Below, piece after piece: positions 50,653 through 59,221 of a stretch of 64,000 nt of DNA. Within the stretch, counting starts at the first letter, position 1; each line of letters starts with the position of its first letter. The stretch is taken from IMG/VR virus record IMGVR_UViG_3300032288_004964, positions 310,001 to 374,000 of that record. One strand, given 5' to 3'. A program made the translations under genes and the position numbers. The notes beneath the pieces are model-generated. The model saw only the letters and a program-made list of their open reading frames with translations, was not told the DNA's origin and did not search any database.

Positions 50653-50685
50653 TAAACAAAGTTTCATTTTTTTCATAAAATAAAA

Positions 50686-51252
50686 ATGAAATTCTATTTA
50701 AACAAACCTATTATTTCCGAACAGGAAAAACTATCTTGGGAAAAAGGTGATTTACCTAAAATGACATTATCTCAATATGAAATAATGGAAGGTAGTCTTG
50801 ATGATATTGAACAACATATTATCAACTTTATAAAAAAATCATTTTCTGATATAAAGGAAGCTTTAGAAATAAATGAGTTTGAAGAAGCTTCTATAATAAT
50901 GCCAGCTTTACAAATGTGTTCAGTTGATGAAATAGATGTTATTGATATGAATATAGAAATAACAAATACAGAAGAAGATAGCTTACAATGGGCTCTAAAG
51001 AATTTATCAAATGGTTTAACTGATGAATTAGAAGAAGTTGAAGAAGATGAAGAAGTTGAAGAAGATATAGATGATGTGGGTGAAGTTATAATAGATGATA
51101 CTGAGCAAGAAGAAACAGAAGAATCAGTAGAAGAAGATGCTGTTGAGCATATCTATGAAGAAACTGAGAACCCAACAGATGATGAGATATCTGAAATGGA
51201 AATGGATATAATCAGAAAGAGTCTTTTAGGAGATGAAGATAAAACCATGTAA
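50686..51252 (+). CDS. Highly acidic hypothetical protein
   Basis: D/E-rich C-terminal half. Confidence 0.55.
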   Translation: MKFYLNKPIISEQEKLSWEKGDLPKMTLSQYEIMEGSLDDIEQHIINFIKKSFSDIKEALEINEFEEASIIMPALQMCSVDEIDVIDMNIEITNTEEDSLQWALKNLSNGLTDELEEVEEDEEVEEDIDDVGEVIIDDTEQEETEESVEEDAVEHIYEETENPTDDEISEMEMDIIRKSLLGDEDKTM

Positions 51253-51305
51253 CATCATGATGATATTTCTATAATAAATACTGACGAAAATTGACATCGG
51301 ATTTT

Positions 51306-52034
51306 TTATAGTCTGATCCATTCTCTGAATCTAATTACAGATTCATGTAATGTTTCAACAAAATTAAACTCTTTAAGGAAAGTTGAGTATTCATCTTTAT
51401 ATCCTTTTTTAGTTTCATCAAACTTATCTTTAGTAAATTGCCAATTAAATGATAATTGATTTGGTGTTTTAAATCCAAAGAAACCTAATACTTCTTTTTC
51501 AAGTTTTACAGCTTCTTCACCATTCCAATTGTGACCTACCGCAACTATACCACACTCTTTATCTTTTAATAAATTAGATTCACCTAAAGTAGCATGTCTA
51601 TTTTCTAACCAAGTTAACCTTTCAATTAACTGAGTATAGATAGCATTCATCTTACCCCAACGGATTGAGCCGAAAAAGATAACTATATCAGCATCATAAA
51701 TAGCATTTGCTACTTTGTGCATTTCATCTGATTTATTATTAACAGAAGCCCAACATCTAATAAACTTATTAGGATTATTACTCTTTAAAATAGAATCTTT
51801 GATACCACAAGTATTTCCTTTATGTGTTGATACATTACCCTCACAAGGAAATATTTTAAGCTTACTGACATTTATTATATCAACATTATCTAATCTCTTT
51901 TTAAGTTCATCTGCTATAATAGATGATTTAGGAAGTTCTTTTTCACCTTCCCATCTATTAGATGTGGTTAGAAAAACAATCTTTTTACCTTCTTGTTTCT
52001 TTAAATAATTATATAATCTTTTAAGCTTATCCAT
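51306..52034 (-). CDS. Flavodoxin-like / NADPH-dependent FMN reductase family protein
   Basis: KIVFLTTSNR, IFPCEG, DEM...IYDADIVIFFGSIRWG, LIERL. Confidence 0.75.
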   Translation of the reverse strand: MDKLKRLYNYLKKQEGKKIVFLTTSNRWEGEKELPKSSIIADELKKRLDNVDIINVSKLKIFPCEGNVSTHKGNTCGIKDSILKSNNPNKFIRCWASVNNKSDEMHKVANAIYDADIVIFFGSIRWGKMNAIYTQLIERLTWLENRHATLGESNLLKDKECGIVAVGHNWNGEEAVKLEKEVLGFFGFKTPNQLSFNWQFTKDKFDETKKGYKDEYSTFLKEFNFVETLHESVIRFREWIRL

Positions 52035-52082
52035 TAAAGTATATATAAATTTTTAATATATAAATAAAATCAAAATATTAAG

Positions 52083-52181
52083 ATGAAAAATAGAATAAGA
52101 AAATTTAACGAGTCAGATGAAAACTTTTATAGTATATCTGATGAAAACGGAAATATGTCGTCCGGTAAGTTGATTTTATGA
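52083..52181 (+). CDS. 32-aa peptide with N-terminal leader (not in ORF track)
   Basis: MKNRIRKFNESDENF...; TAATATATA upstream. Confidence 0.35.
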   Translation: MKNRIRKFNESDENFYSISDENGNMSSGKLIL

Positions 52182-52223
52182 AAGATAAATAATTTATACC
52201 TTAAACAATACTAAACAAACTTT

Positions 52224-52790
52224 ATGAAACATTTAAAATATTTTGAAGCTAAAAAGAAAAATTATCAGGAATTACTAGATGAGTATGCTGAAGATATCAT
52301 CAGAGTTTTACCTTTATATTATAATAATTTCTCAACTGATACTTTACATAATTATATTGATGAGTTAATATGGGAATGTAGAGAAGCGGATAGATTAAGA
52401 GGAGATGATGAAGTTTTAAGTGAAGAAGTTGTAAGAGTTTTGATAGATGAAATTAAAGAAGTAGCAGGTAGTTGGTCTTCATCAAAATTACTTGATATTT
52501 ATTATGATTGTTTACCTCATGTTAAACATATAAATAAAGATAAGGTTGAAGTATTAAAAGAGATATTTCTTGACTATTCAGATGAGGGTGGTGAAATATT
52601 AATAAGTAAGACAGCTAAATTCCGTGATGAAAGATATGAAGTGAGATTAGAGTTGGAAAATGTATTTTTAAAAATAAACTTTGAAGAAGTTTTTGGTAGA
52701 GTTAAAGAATTTATGGGAATTGAAAGTTACCATATTACAGGAACAAAAGATTTAATAACAATTGAATTTTGGAAACCTTTACCAAAATAA
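52224..52790 (+). CDS. Hypothetical protein, leader + LExxDxG-like motif
   Basis: MKHLKYFEA; LKEIFLDYSDEGG. Confidence 0.55.
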   Translation: MKHLKYFEAKKKNYQELLDEYAEDIIRVLPLYYNNFSTDTLHNYIDELIWECREADRLRGDDEVLSEEVVRVLIDEIKEVAGSWSSSKLLDIYYDCLPHVKHINKDKVEVLKEIFLDYSDEGGEILISKTAKFRDERYEVRLELENVFLKINFEEVFGRVKEFMGIESYHITGTKDLITIEFWKPLPK

Positions 52791-52816
52791 AAAACCCACT
52801 TTAGAGTGGGTTTTTT
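52789..52816. terminator. Bidirectional intrinsic terminator
   Basis: A6 CCCACT-TTAG-AGTGGG T6. Confidence 0.85.
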
Positions 52817-52817
52817 A

Positions 52818-53792
52818 TTAGTTAATCATATTATTATCTACTCTTTCTTTTAATTTCTGAATTGCTCTTGTTAATTCTCCTCCTACTTGAACAATAACTG
52901 GGTGGTTAAAGTCTGATAGTGAATTTGCTATATTAGCAATATTTCTAACCTCTGCCTCAATTCCTTTTAGTTCAGCTTCTAAATCTGAGTAAATTTTACT
53001 TTTATTAGCTTCAGTAATTTCATTCATTTTAGATTCTAATTTAGATTCTAATTCTTTAACCTTTTTGAATCCAGATTCTAGTTCTTTTTCTCTCTTAGAA
53101 AGGTCAGCTAAATCTGAATCAATCTTAGATTGAAGTTCTGCATATTTAGAATCATATTCTTTAGCTGATGAAAGTGCAGTTCTATCAAGATTTCTTTCTC
53201 TCTCATTTAACTCTTGAGTTTTATCTTGTAAATCTAATTCTTTTTCAGTTATAGTTCTTGTTCTAGATCTTAACTCATCATCTTTCTTTTCAATAACTTT
53301 AAGATCCAATTTATATTCGTCTTCTCTTTTCTCAACTCTTTTAACTCTGATATCAAGTTCATCTTCTTTATCCTTGATTCTTCTTTCTCTTGAGTCTAAA
53401 TCTGTTTCTCTTCTATCAAGGTCTCTTTTAAATGTATTTAATTCAGACTCTCTTTTTTCAACATCCTTCATTAAGGTAGGATCGGTGGATGGTCCACTTG
53501 ATTGTTGAATAGAAGACATAACCATCTCTTCAAAAAATGGAATTAATTTTTTACCAAGTTGAGCTGGTTGAGGCATTTTATTAACTTTCATGAAAGTCAT
53601 TAATTCTGCTTTCCAATCTATGATTTCGAAAAATTCGGGGTTATTATCAATAATTGCTTTATCAATAGGTATTAATTCACTTTTAACTTTATGAATATAC
53701 TCTTCTAAAATAGTTCCAGACTTAAGGATAAATATTTTCTTATCAGGACTTAAATACTGAAAATCATTTATTACTTTATGTTTAATTTTCAT
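52818..53792 (-). CDS. Long coiled-coil protein
   Basis: Heptad-like RExxL repeats. Confidence 0.6.
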   Translation of the reverse strand: MKIKHKVINDFQYLSPDKKIFILKSGTILEEYIHKVKSELIPIDKAIIDNNPEFFEIIDWKAELMTFMKVNKMPQPAQLGKKLIPFFEEMVMSSIQQSSGPSTDPTLMKDVEKRESELNTFKRDLDRRETDLDSRERRIKDKEDELDIRVKRVEKREDEYKLDLKVIEKKDDELRSRTRTITEKELDLQDKTQELNERERNLDRTALSSAKEYDSKYAELQSKIDSDLADLSKREKELESGFKKVKELESKLESKMNEITEANKSKIYSDLEAELKGIEAEVRNIANIANSLSDFNHPVIVQVGGELTRAIQKLKERVDNNMIN

Positions 53793-53863
53793 TTCAAAAA
53801 ATGTATTTTGTTTTATATATTAAAAAATGTTGATTTTGTTTATTTTTTTAGTATATTTGTGTA

Positions 53864-54334
53864 ATGGAAAAAAACCAGTTAAATAACTTAATTAGATTCT
53901 GTTTTAATTTCCATAGAAGTATGGATTGTGACTGGACTATGCAACATCCAAGTTATATTTTAGAGAAGTGGAATAAGTATATTGGTGTTAAACCTAATAA
54001 GTTAGAATTATATCCATCTAATGACCTGACTATCAAGTGGTTAAAAACTTGGAATGTTAGTAATAAAGATTGGGAAGAGTTAAAAGAGATTGTTACTTTT
54101 ATTCAAGTTGTTAATATGAGAGCACTTGTTGTATCTAGTGGAAATAAAGGTAATAGATTTATACAATGGTCACCATCTGAACTATTAGATGAATTTGAAA
54201 GATTGATTGGTGATAAAAATAAAATAAACAAAGATGAATATAAAGGTTTGCATGAACTAGTTGATAGAGAAGTTGAATATTGGCTATGGCAAACAGATAA
54301 CAAAAGAGATTATAATTTAAATTTATTAGTATAA
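53864..54334 (+). CDS. Hypothetical protein with C-terminal tag
   Basis: ATG 4 nt after TATATTTG; ends KRDYNLNLLV. Confidence 0.55.
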   Translation: MEKNQLNNLIRFCFNFHRSMDCDWTMQHPSYILEKWNKYIGVKPNKLELYPSNDLTIKWLKTWNVSNKDWEELKEIVTFIQVVNMRALVVSSGNKGNRFIQWSPSELLDEFERLIGDKNKINKDEYKGLHELVDREVEYWLWQTDNKRDYNLNLLV

Positions 54335-54550
54335 GTAAGAGAACCTATCGCTGGTGAAAACTGGAGGAAGTTCGCGACTACAGAACCTAACACGGGAGAA
54401 TAAGTAGAGAAATTGAAAGTTCGTTTGTACCGAGGAAGTAGCAACACATACAGATCTAGAGTGTCGGTTCCTCTATGATGATCGGGTTGTGGCATAGATA
54501 AATGATAGGATAGAACAGAATCGTGGCTAAGCTCAACTTTACTGATAAAT
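54321..54550 (+). ncRNA. rnpB: Minimal RNase P RNA
   Basis: GAGGAAGTTCGCGAC and AGATAAATGA...ACAGAATCGTGGCTAA conserved regions; P1, P2, P3, P4 (bulged U), P5, P6, P15-P17 all pair. Confidence 0.85.
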
Positions 54551-54590
54551 TTTATAAAACAAAATATAAACAATAAAAAAACAAAACAAA

Positions 54591-54871
54591 ATGAAAACAA
54601 TTAAATTTTTACTATTGGCTCTTGCCATCACATCACTAACTTCTTGTTTGGTTGGAAAGTTAAAATCACTTATCATCAAACATCTGGTTATAACTGGTTT
54701 AATAATAGAGGTGAAACTAATCATTTTGTAACTAGTGTCCAAGTACTAGATAAAAACCCAATCGGTCACGCTTTTGGTAACAACACAGATGATAAAAAAT
54801 CAAATTGTGATTGTAAAGTAAGTGGTAAGGTAATAGATACCATTTATGTAGTGATTGATAAAACTAAATAA
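54591..54871 (+). pseudogene. Lipoprotein gene with a frameshift right after the lipobox (or assembly error)
   Basis: MKTIKFLLLALAITSLTSC at 54591; one extra T near 54646 joins it to FGWKVKITYH... (track ORF 54644-54871). Confidence 0.55.
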
Positions 54872-55632
54872 TGAAAGAAAATAATAATAATTTCAGTAAT
54901 GAAATAAGAGACCTGCGATTAGCAGTTCTAATAGATGCAGACAATGTTCCGTATTCTAATGTAAAACAAATGTTTGAGGAGATTGCAAAATATGGAACTC
55001 CGACATTTAAAAGAATTTATGCAGACTGGACTAAACCAACCGTATCTGGTTGGAAAACCGTTCTGCTTGAAAATGCAATCACACCAATTCAACAATACAG
55101 TTACTCTACTGGTAAAAATTCAAGTGATAGTGCTATGATTATTGATGCGATGGATATACTTTACTCTGGTAAAGTTGATGGATTTTGTATTGTATCAAGT
55201 GATAGTGACTTCACAAGACTTGCTACAAGATTAAGAGAAGCTGGTATGAAAGTAATTGGTATTGGTGAAAAGAAAACACTAAAACCATTTATTGTTAGTT
55301 GTGATAAGTTTATTTACTTTGAAATCTTAAAAGCAAATAAAAATGTAACTGAAGGTGCTGTTGCTGCGGCTACTGAGACAACATCTAAAGTAGATAAAGA
55401 ATTAATTCATTTAATTAATGATAGTATTTCTGACTTAGCTGATGAAACAGGATGGGCCTTCTTAGGTATGTTAGGAACTTTAATCTTAAAAAAGAAACCA
55501 GATTTTGACTCAAGAAACTATGGATTTGAGAAACTACTTCCATTCTTAAAGAGTCTAAAGAAATTTGAGATTGATGAAAGGGAAACTGGTAAAGGTAAAA
55601 CAAAACATGTTTATATAAAAACTATTTCATAA
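54871..55632 (+). CDS. NYN (LabA/DUF88) ribonuclease with C-terminal OST-HTH/LOTUS domain
   Basis: AVLIDADNV, GKNSSDSAMIIDAMD, VSSDSDF, DFDSRNYGF. Confidence 0.92.
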   Translation: MKENNNNFSNEIRDLRLAVLIDADNVPYSNVKQMFEEIAKYGTPTFKRIYADWTKPTVSGWKTVLLENAITPIQQYSYSTGKNSSDSAMIIDAMDILYSGKVDGFCIVSSDSDFTRLATRLREAGMKVIGIGEKKTLKPFIVSCDKFIYFEILKANKNVTEGAVAAATETTSKVDKELIHLINDSISDLADETGWAFLGMLGTLILKKKPDFDSRNYGFEKLLPFLKSLKKFEIDERETGKGKTKHVYIKTIS

Positions 55633-56054
55633 TGTTAAATAATAAAAATAAACAAATAATTGATACACTTATTGAAGTAACTAAAAGTGGTGACTTGGTG
55701 TGGATAGAAACTGATTCTACTTCTGATAAAAGAAAACATCAAAGGGATATGCACGCCTTTGGTGAAGATGGTACTAAATATGAAACTCAAGTTAGATTTC
55801 ATATTGTCAATTCTACTTTCGTGTTAGAATCTAGTCCTTCTTTGTGGATTAAAAATAAAGACTTACCGGGTGGTTCTTATTACATATATGGAGGTAGTAA
55901 TGATCTTACTTCCTTAAGAGATGTTATTAAAGAAAAATATTGCTCAGATATGAATCCTATGATTCAAGATTTAGAAGACCAACTTGAGCAAATATGTAAA
56001 GGTATTTCTATTTCTACTTATAGAGATAATAAGATAAATAAGATAATAGATTAA
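55632..56054 (+). CDS. Hypothetical protein with C-terminal tag
   Basis: Ends YRDNKINKIID. Confidence 0.55.
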   Translation: MLNNKNKQIIDTLIEVTKSGDLVWIETDSTSDKRKHQRDMHAFGEDGTKYETQVRFHIVNSTFVLESSPSLWIKNKDLPGGSYYIYGGSNDLTSLRDVIKEKYCSDMNPMIQDLEDQLEQICKGISISTYRDNKINKIID

Positions 56055-56068
56055 TTGATATATACAAA

Positions 56069-56692
56069 ATGGATTTAAGTATAACAATATTAGTATTATT
56101 TTTAACAATAGTTCCTTTATTTATCGCTTACTTTCTTGGTTCAATACCAACATCGGTTTGGATAAGTAAATGGATATATGGAATTGACATCAGAGAATTT
56201 GGAAGTAAAAATGCAGGTGCTACAAACACTCTTAGAGTATTAGGCAAATGGGCAGCAATTCCTGTTTTAGTCATAGATATTTTAAAAGGATTCTTTGCAG
56301 TTTATATAACACATTATACTATTATGATGGATAATACAGCTGTCATGTGTTTATTAGGACTTTTTGCTATTATTGGTCATATATTTCCAATTTTTGCTAA
56401 ATTTAGAGGTGGTAAAGGAGTTGCTACAACATTAGGTGTTTCAATTGCTTTATTTCCAATAGCTACTTTGATATCTATTTTTGTATTTTTAATATCTGTT
56501 ATTTATTATAGAATTGTATCATTATCATCAATCATCGCTAGTCTTTTACTTCCAATATTTGTTTACTTCTTAACGGATAATCAAACTTTAGTAGACTTTT
56601 CAATGTTTATACCTGTTTTGTTTATAATAACACATCATAAAAATATTAAAAGAATAATTAATAAATCAGAACCTAAATTTACCTTACTATGA
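56069..56692 (+). CDS. plsY: Glycerol-3-phosphate acyltransferase
   Basis: YFLGSIP, GSKNAGATN.LR, DILKG, GHIFP, GGKGVAT, H..NIKR. Confidence 0.95.
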   Translation: MDLSITILVLFLTIVPLFIAYFLGSIPTSVWISKWIYGIDIREFGSKNAGATNTLRVLGKWAAIPVLVIDILKGFFAVYITHYTIMMDNTAVMCLLGLFAIIGHIFPIFAKFRGGKGVATTLGVSIALFPIATLISIFVFLISVIYYRIVSLSSIIASLLLPIFVYFLTDNQTLVDFSMFIPVLFIITHHKNIKRIINKSEPKFTLL

Positions 56693-57021
56693 GTAGTTGG
56701 AGTGAAAGATTCTTAAAGCCTTGTCCTTATTGTAATGGTAAGATTACAGATCACTCTTATGATAGAAGAATAGTTTTCAAGTGTATTCCTTGTAATCTAT
56801 ATAAAGATTATCCAGGTTTACTACAAACTAAAGTAAGTCCTGTTCCTGTTCCTTATGTAGATAAAGATGGTAGTCCAGTAGATCCAAAAGATGTTAAGAA
56901 TCAAGAATATTACCACCAAAATGCTAATGAGGAAGCAATTGATGAATTTAATAAATGGGTAGATAAAGAAAATCTACAAAAAACTAGAGAAGAAAAACTA
57001 ACAAAAATATTTAATACATAA
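56689..57021 (+). CDS. Zn-ribbon protein with C-terminal tag
   Basis: LKPCPYC...CIPC; ends TREEKLTKIFNT. Confidence 0.55.
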   Translation: MSSWSERFLKPCPYCNGKITDHSYDRRIVFKCIPCNLYKDYPGLLQTKVSPVPVPYVDKDGSPVDPKDVKNQEYYHQNANEEAIDEFNKWVDKENLQKTREEKLTKIFNT

Positions 57022-57026
57022 ACCCA

Positions 57027-57260
57027 ATGAAAAAACTAATAATCTTATCACTGTTTTTTGGAGCTTGTAGTAGTCCAAAAATTAAAGAGGTTGTGCCTCA
57101 TGTTGTAACAAGTATTGATACTGATCAGGTATTTGATCCAGTTACTCAACAATATCAAAATATGTATATCATTAAAATAGATGATAGTATTAAAACAAGT
57201 GTTTCAAGAAATCCGTATAAAGTAGGAGATACCGTTAACTTCCTTTATTATGGTTATTAA
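57027..57260 (+). CDS. Putative lipoprotein
   Basis: MKKLIILSLFFGAC lipobox-like signal. Confidence 0.6.
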   Translation: MKKLIILSLFFGACSSPKIKEVVPHVVTSIDTDQVFDPVTQQYQNMYIIKIDDSIKTSVSRNPYKVGDTVNFLYYGY

Positions 57261-57296
57261 TTAAACTTTATTATTATTTTATTCTAAAATGTAATA

Positions 57297-58115
57297 ATGG
57301 AAATTAATAAAATATACCAAGGAAACTCCTTAGACCTACTTAAACAGATGCCTGATAACTCAGTTGATCTTGTTATCACATCACCTCCCTATGCTGACTT
57401 AAAAGTTTACATAGATAATCCAGGAATACTCGCAGATGATTATGTAGAATGGTTTTTACCATTTTGTAATGAGATATGTAGAGTTATAAAACCAACAGGT
57501 TCTTTTATTCTAAATATTAATGATAAAGTAGAAAATGGATTTAGACATCCTTATGTTTATGATCTAATATCAGCAATTCACAAGAAAACAGATTTAAAAA
57601 TGTTTGAAAGATTATTTTGGAATAAAATGAAAGGTCTTCCAAATAGGAGTAGATTTGGTGATAGAGTTGAATATATATTCTGGTTTGCTAAAGAAAAAGG
57701 ATTTCAGTTTTATATAGATGAAATGAGAACCGAGTATGCTCAGAAATCTATTGAGAGAATGAAGAATCCTCTTAAAAAGAGATTTGCTAGAGATAAAGAT
57801 AATCAAGATGCTAATGATTATAAGGATTGGGAACCAAATCCAAAAGGAGCTCTTCCAACTACATTGGTTAGTATATCATCTGAGTCTAAAAGAATTGCTG
57901 ATAATCATGTAGCGGTTTATCCAGTAGAATTAGTTAAATACTTTATAAAAGGAGCAACTAAAGAAGGTGATTTAGTTTTAGATCCGTTTATGGGTACTGG
58001 AACAACTGGACTAGCTGCTAAGTTACTAAATAGAAATTGGATGGGATTTGAAATGCAAAGTGATTATATATCGCTTGCTGAAAAAAGAATAGGTGATTAT
58101 GTGGAGAATATCTAA
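57297..58115 (+). CDS. Beta-class DNA amino-methyltransferase (probably N4-cytosine)
   Basis: TSPPY catalytic motif before LDPFMGTGTT SAM-binding motif. Confidence 0.9.
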   Translation: MEINKIYQGNSLDLLKQMPDNSVDLVITSPPYADLKVYIDNPGILADDYVEWFLPFCNEICRVIKPTGSFILNINDKVENGFRHPYVYDLISAIHKKTDLKMFERLFWNKMKGLPNRSRFGDRVEYIFWFAKEKGFQFYIDEMRTEYAQKSIERMKNPLKKRFARDKDNQDANDYKDWEPNPKGALPTTLVSISSESKRIADNHVAVYPVELVKYFIKGATKEGDLVLDPFMGTGTTGLAAKLLNRNWMGFEMQSDYISLAEKRIGDYVENI

Positions 58116-58365
58116 GGAAACAAGTAAGATTAAATCAATTAAAAGAGGTGACTATGATGTTGATAGTGTAATTGTTATACCTGGTGTATGTTCTTATGAG
58201 AATGTTTATACAAAGCAAAACTTTTTATATTTCTCAAATAGTGATTATAATAAAACAATATCTGTTGAGTTTGTATCAGAGGGTGATCTTGATAGATTCT
58301 TTACTCAGATATTTAGAGATAATAAATTAAATCAAATATTAGGTGATACTAAAGATAAAAAATAA
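58093..58365 (+). CDS. Hypothetical protein with C-terminal tag
   Basis: FRDNKLNQILGD near end. Confidence 0.55.
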   Translation: MIMWRISKETSKIKSIKRGDYDVDSVIVIPGVCSYENVYTKQNFLYFSNSDYNKTISVEFVSEGDLDRFFTQIFRDNKLNQILGDTKDKK

Positions 58366-58373
58366 TTTTATGG

Positions 58374-58667
58374 TTGAAAGTTTATTGTAAAAGAACCTAT
58401 CTCGATACAAATCAAAACTTCTTTAAGATAAGAGGTAAAGGTTATGGTGAAAGTTATGCTAAGTGGGAAAAGAATAAGTATTATTCAATAAGACTACCAC
58501 AAGATATAGAAAGAAAAATGGGCATTTTCTATTATATACAAACCGAAGTAAATGAAGATAGTTATTCACCAATAAAGAAAAAAGAATTTGAAAAGTACTT
58601 TATAGATATAGATGAATTAAGAAATAATAAAATAGAACAAATATTAAATGGAACCTCTGAAATTTAA
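58374..58667 (+). CDS. Hypothetical protein with C-terminal tag (paralog of 61504-61797)
   Basis: VYCKRT...; ELRNNKIEQIL. Confidence 0.55.
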   Translation: MKVYCKRTYLDTNQNFFKIRGKGYGESYAKWEKNKYYSIRLPQDIERKMGIFYYIQTEVNEDSYSPIKKKEFEKYFIDIDELRNNKIEQILNGTSEI

Positions 58668-59169
58668 CATACAAAATGTAATTTGTATACCAATAAAATC
58701 AATGAATGAGCAACAATTGTTTGCTGTTTCTGAAACATATACAATTGCGTTTACCGCCTTAATGTCTTTCAAAAAAGATGGATTTGAAAAAATCTGGCTT
58801 GAGAAAGATGGTGATTATGCTATTGCATTTGAAATTGATGGTGAGTTTTCAATAAATCCTATGTACTGTCCTATTACAAAAAAGAATAGAGATTCTATAC
58901 TTAAGGTTAAACCAATTAAGTCACCTAAGATGCCAAAGGATGAGAGATCGGTTGGAGCTTATAAGTATTATTTATCTAAAGGATTTGATGTTAAAACTAA
59001 GAGTTTAGATAGAAAAGTTGAATACTTAGATAATGTCGAAGATGTTGAAGAAATTAATGAAGAGATAATTTTAGATGTTGATATTATTTTGGATAAGATA
59101 TCTAAATTAGGTGTCGGGTCTTTGAGTAAAGAAGAAAAGGAATTCTTAGATAATAAAAGCAAAAGTTAA
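58648..59169 (+). CDS. Hypothetical protein with DUF6576-like tail
   Basis: DVDIILDKISKLGVGSLSKEEKEFLD. Confidence 0.6.
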   Translation: MEPLKFNIQNVICIPIKSMNEQQLFAVSETYTIAFTALMSFKKDGFEKIWLEKDGDYAIAFEIDGEFSINPMYCPITKKNRDSILKVKPIKSPKMPKDERSVGAYKYYLSKGFDVKTKSLDRKVEYLDNVEDVEEINEEIILDVDIILDKISKLGVGSLSKEEKEFLDNKSKS

Positions 59170-59221
59170 TCAATTAAACTTTTGTAATTAAATAAAATAC
59201 AACTTATTAATATTATTAAAA

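Noticed and set aside
54310-54742. Minus-strand ORFs 54310-54600 and 54539-54742
   Set aside because: Antisense to the RNase P RNA and the lipoprotein gene; no protein features.
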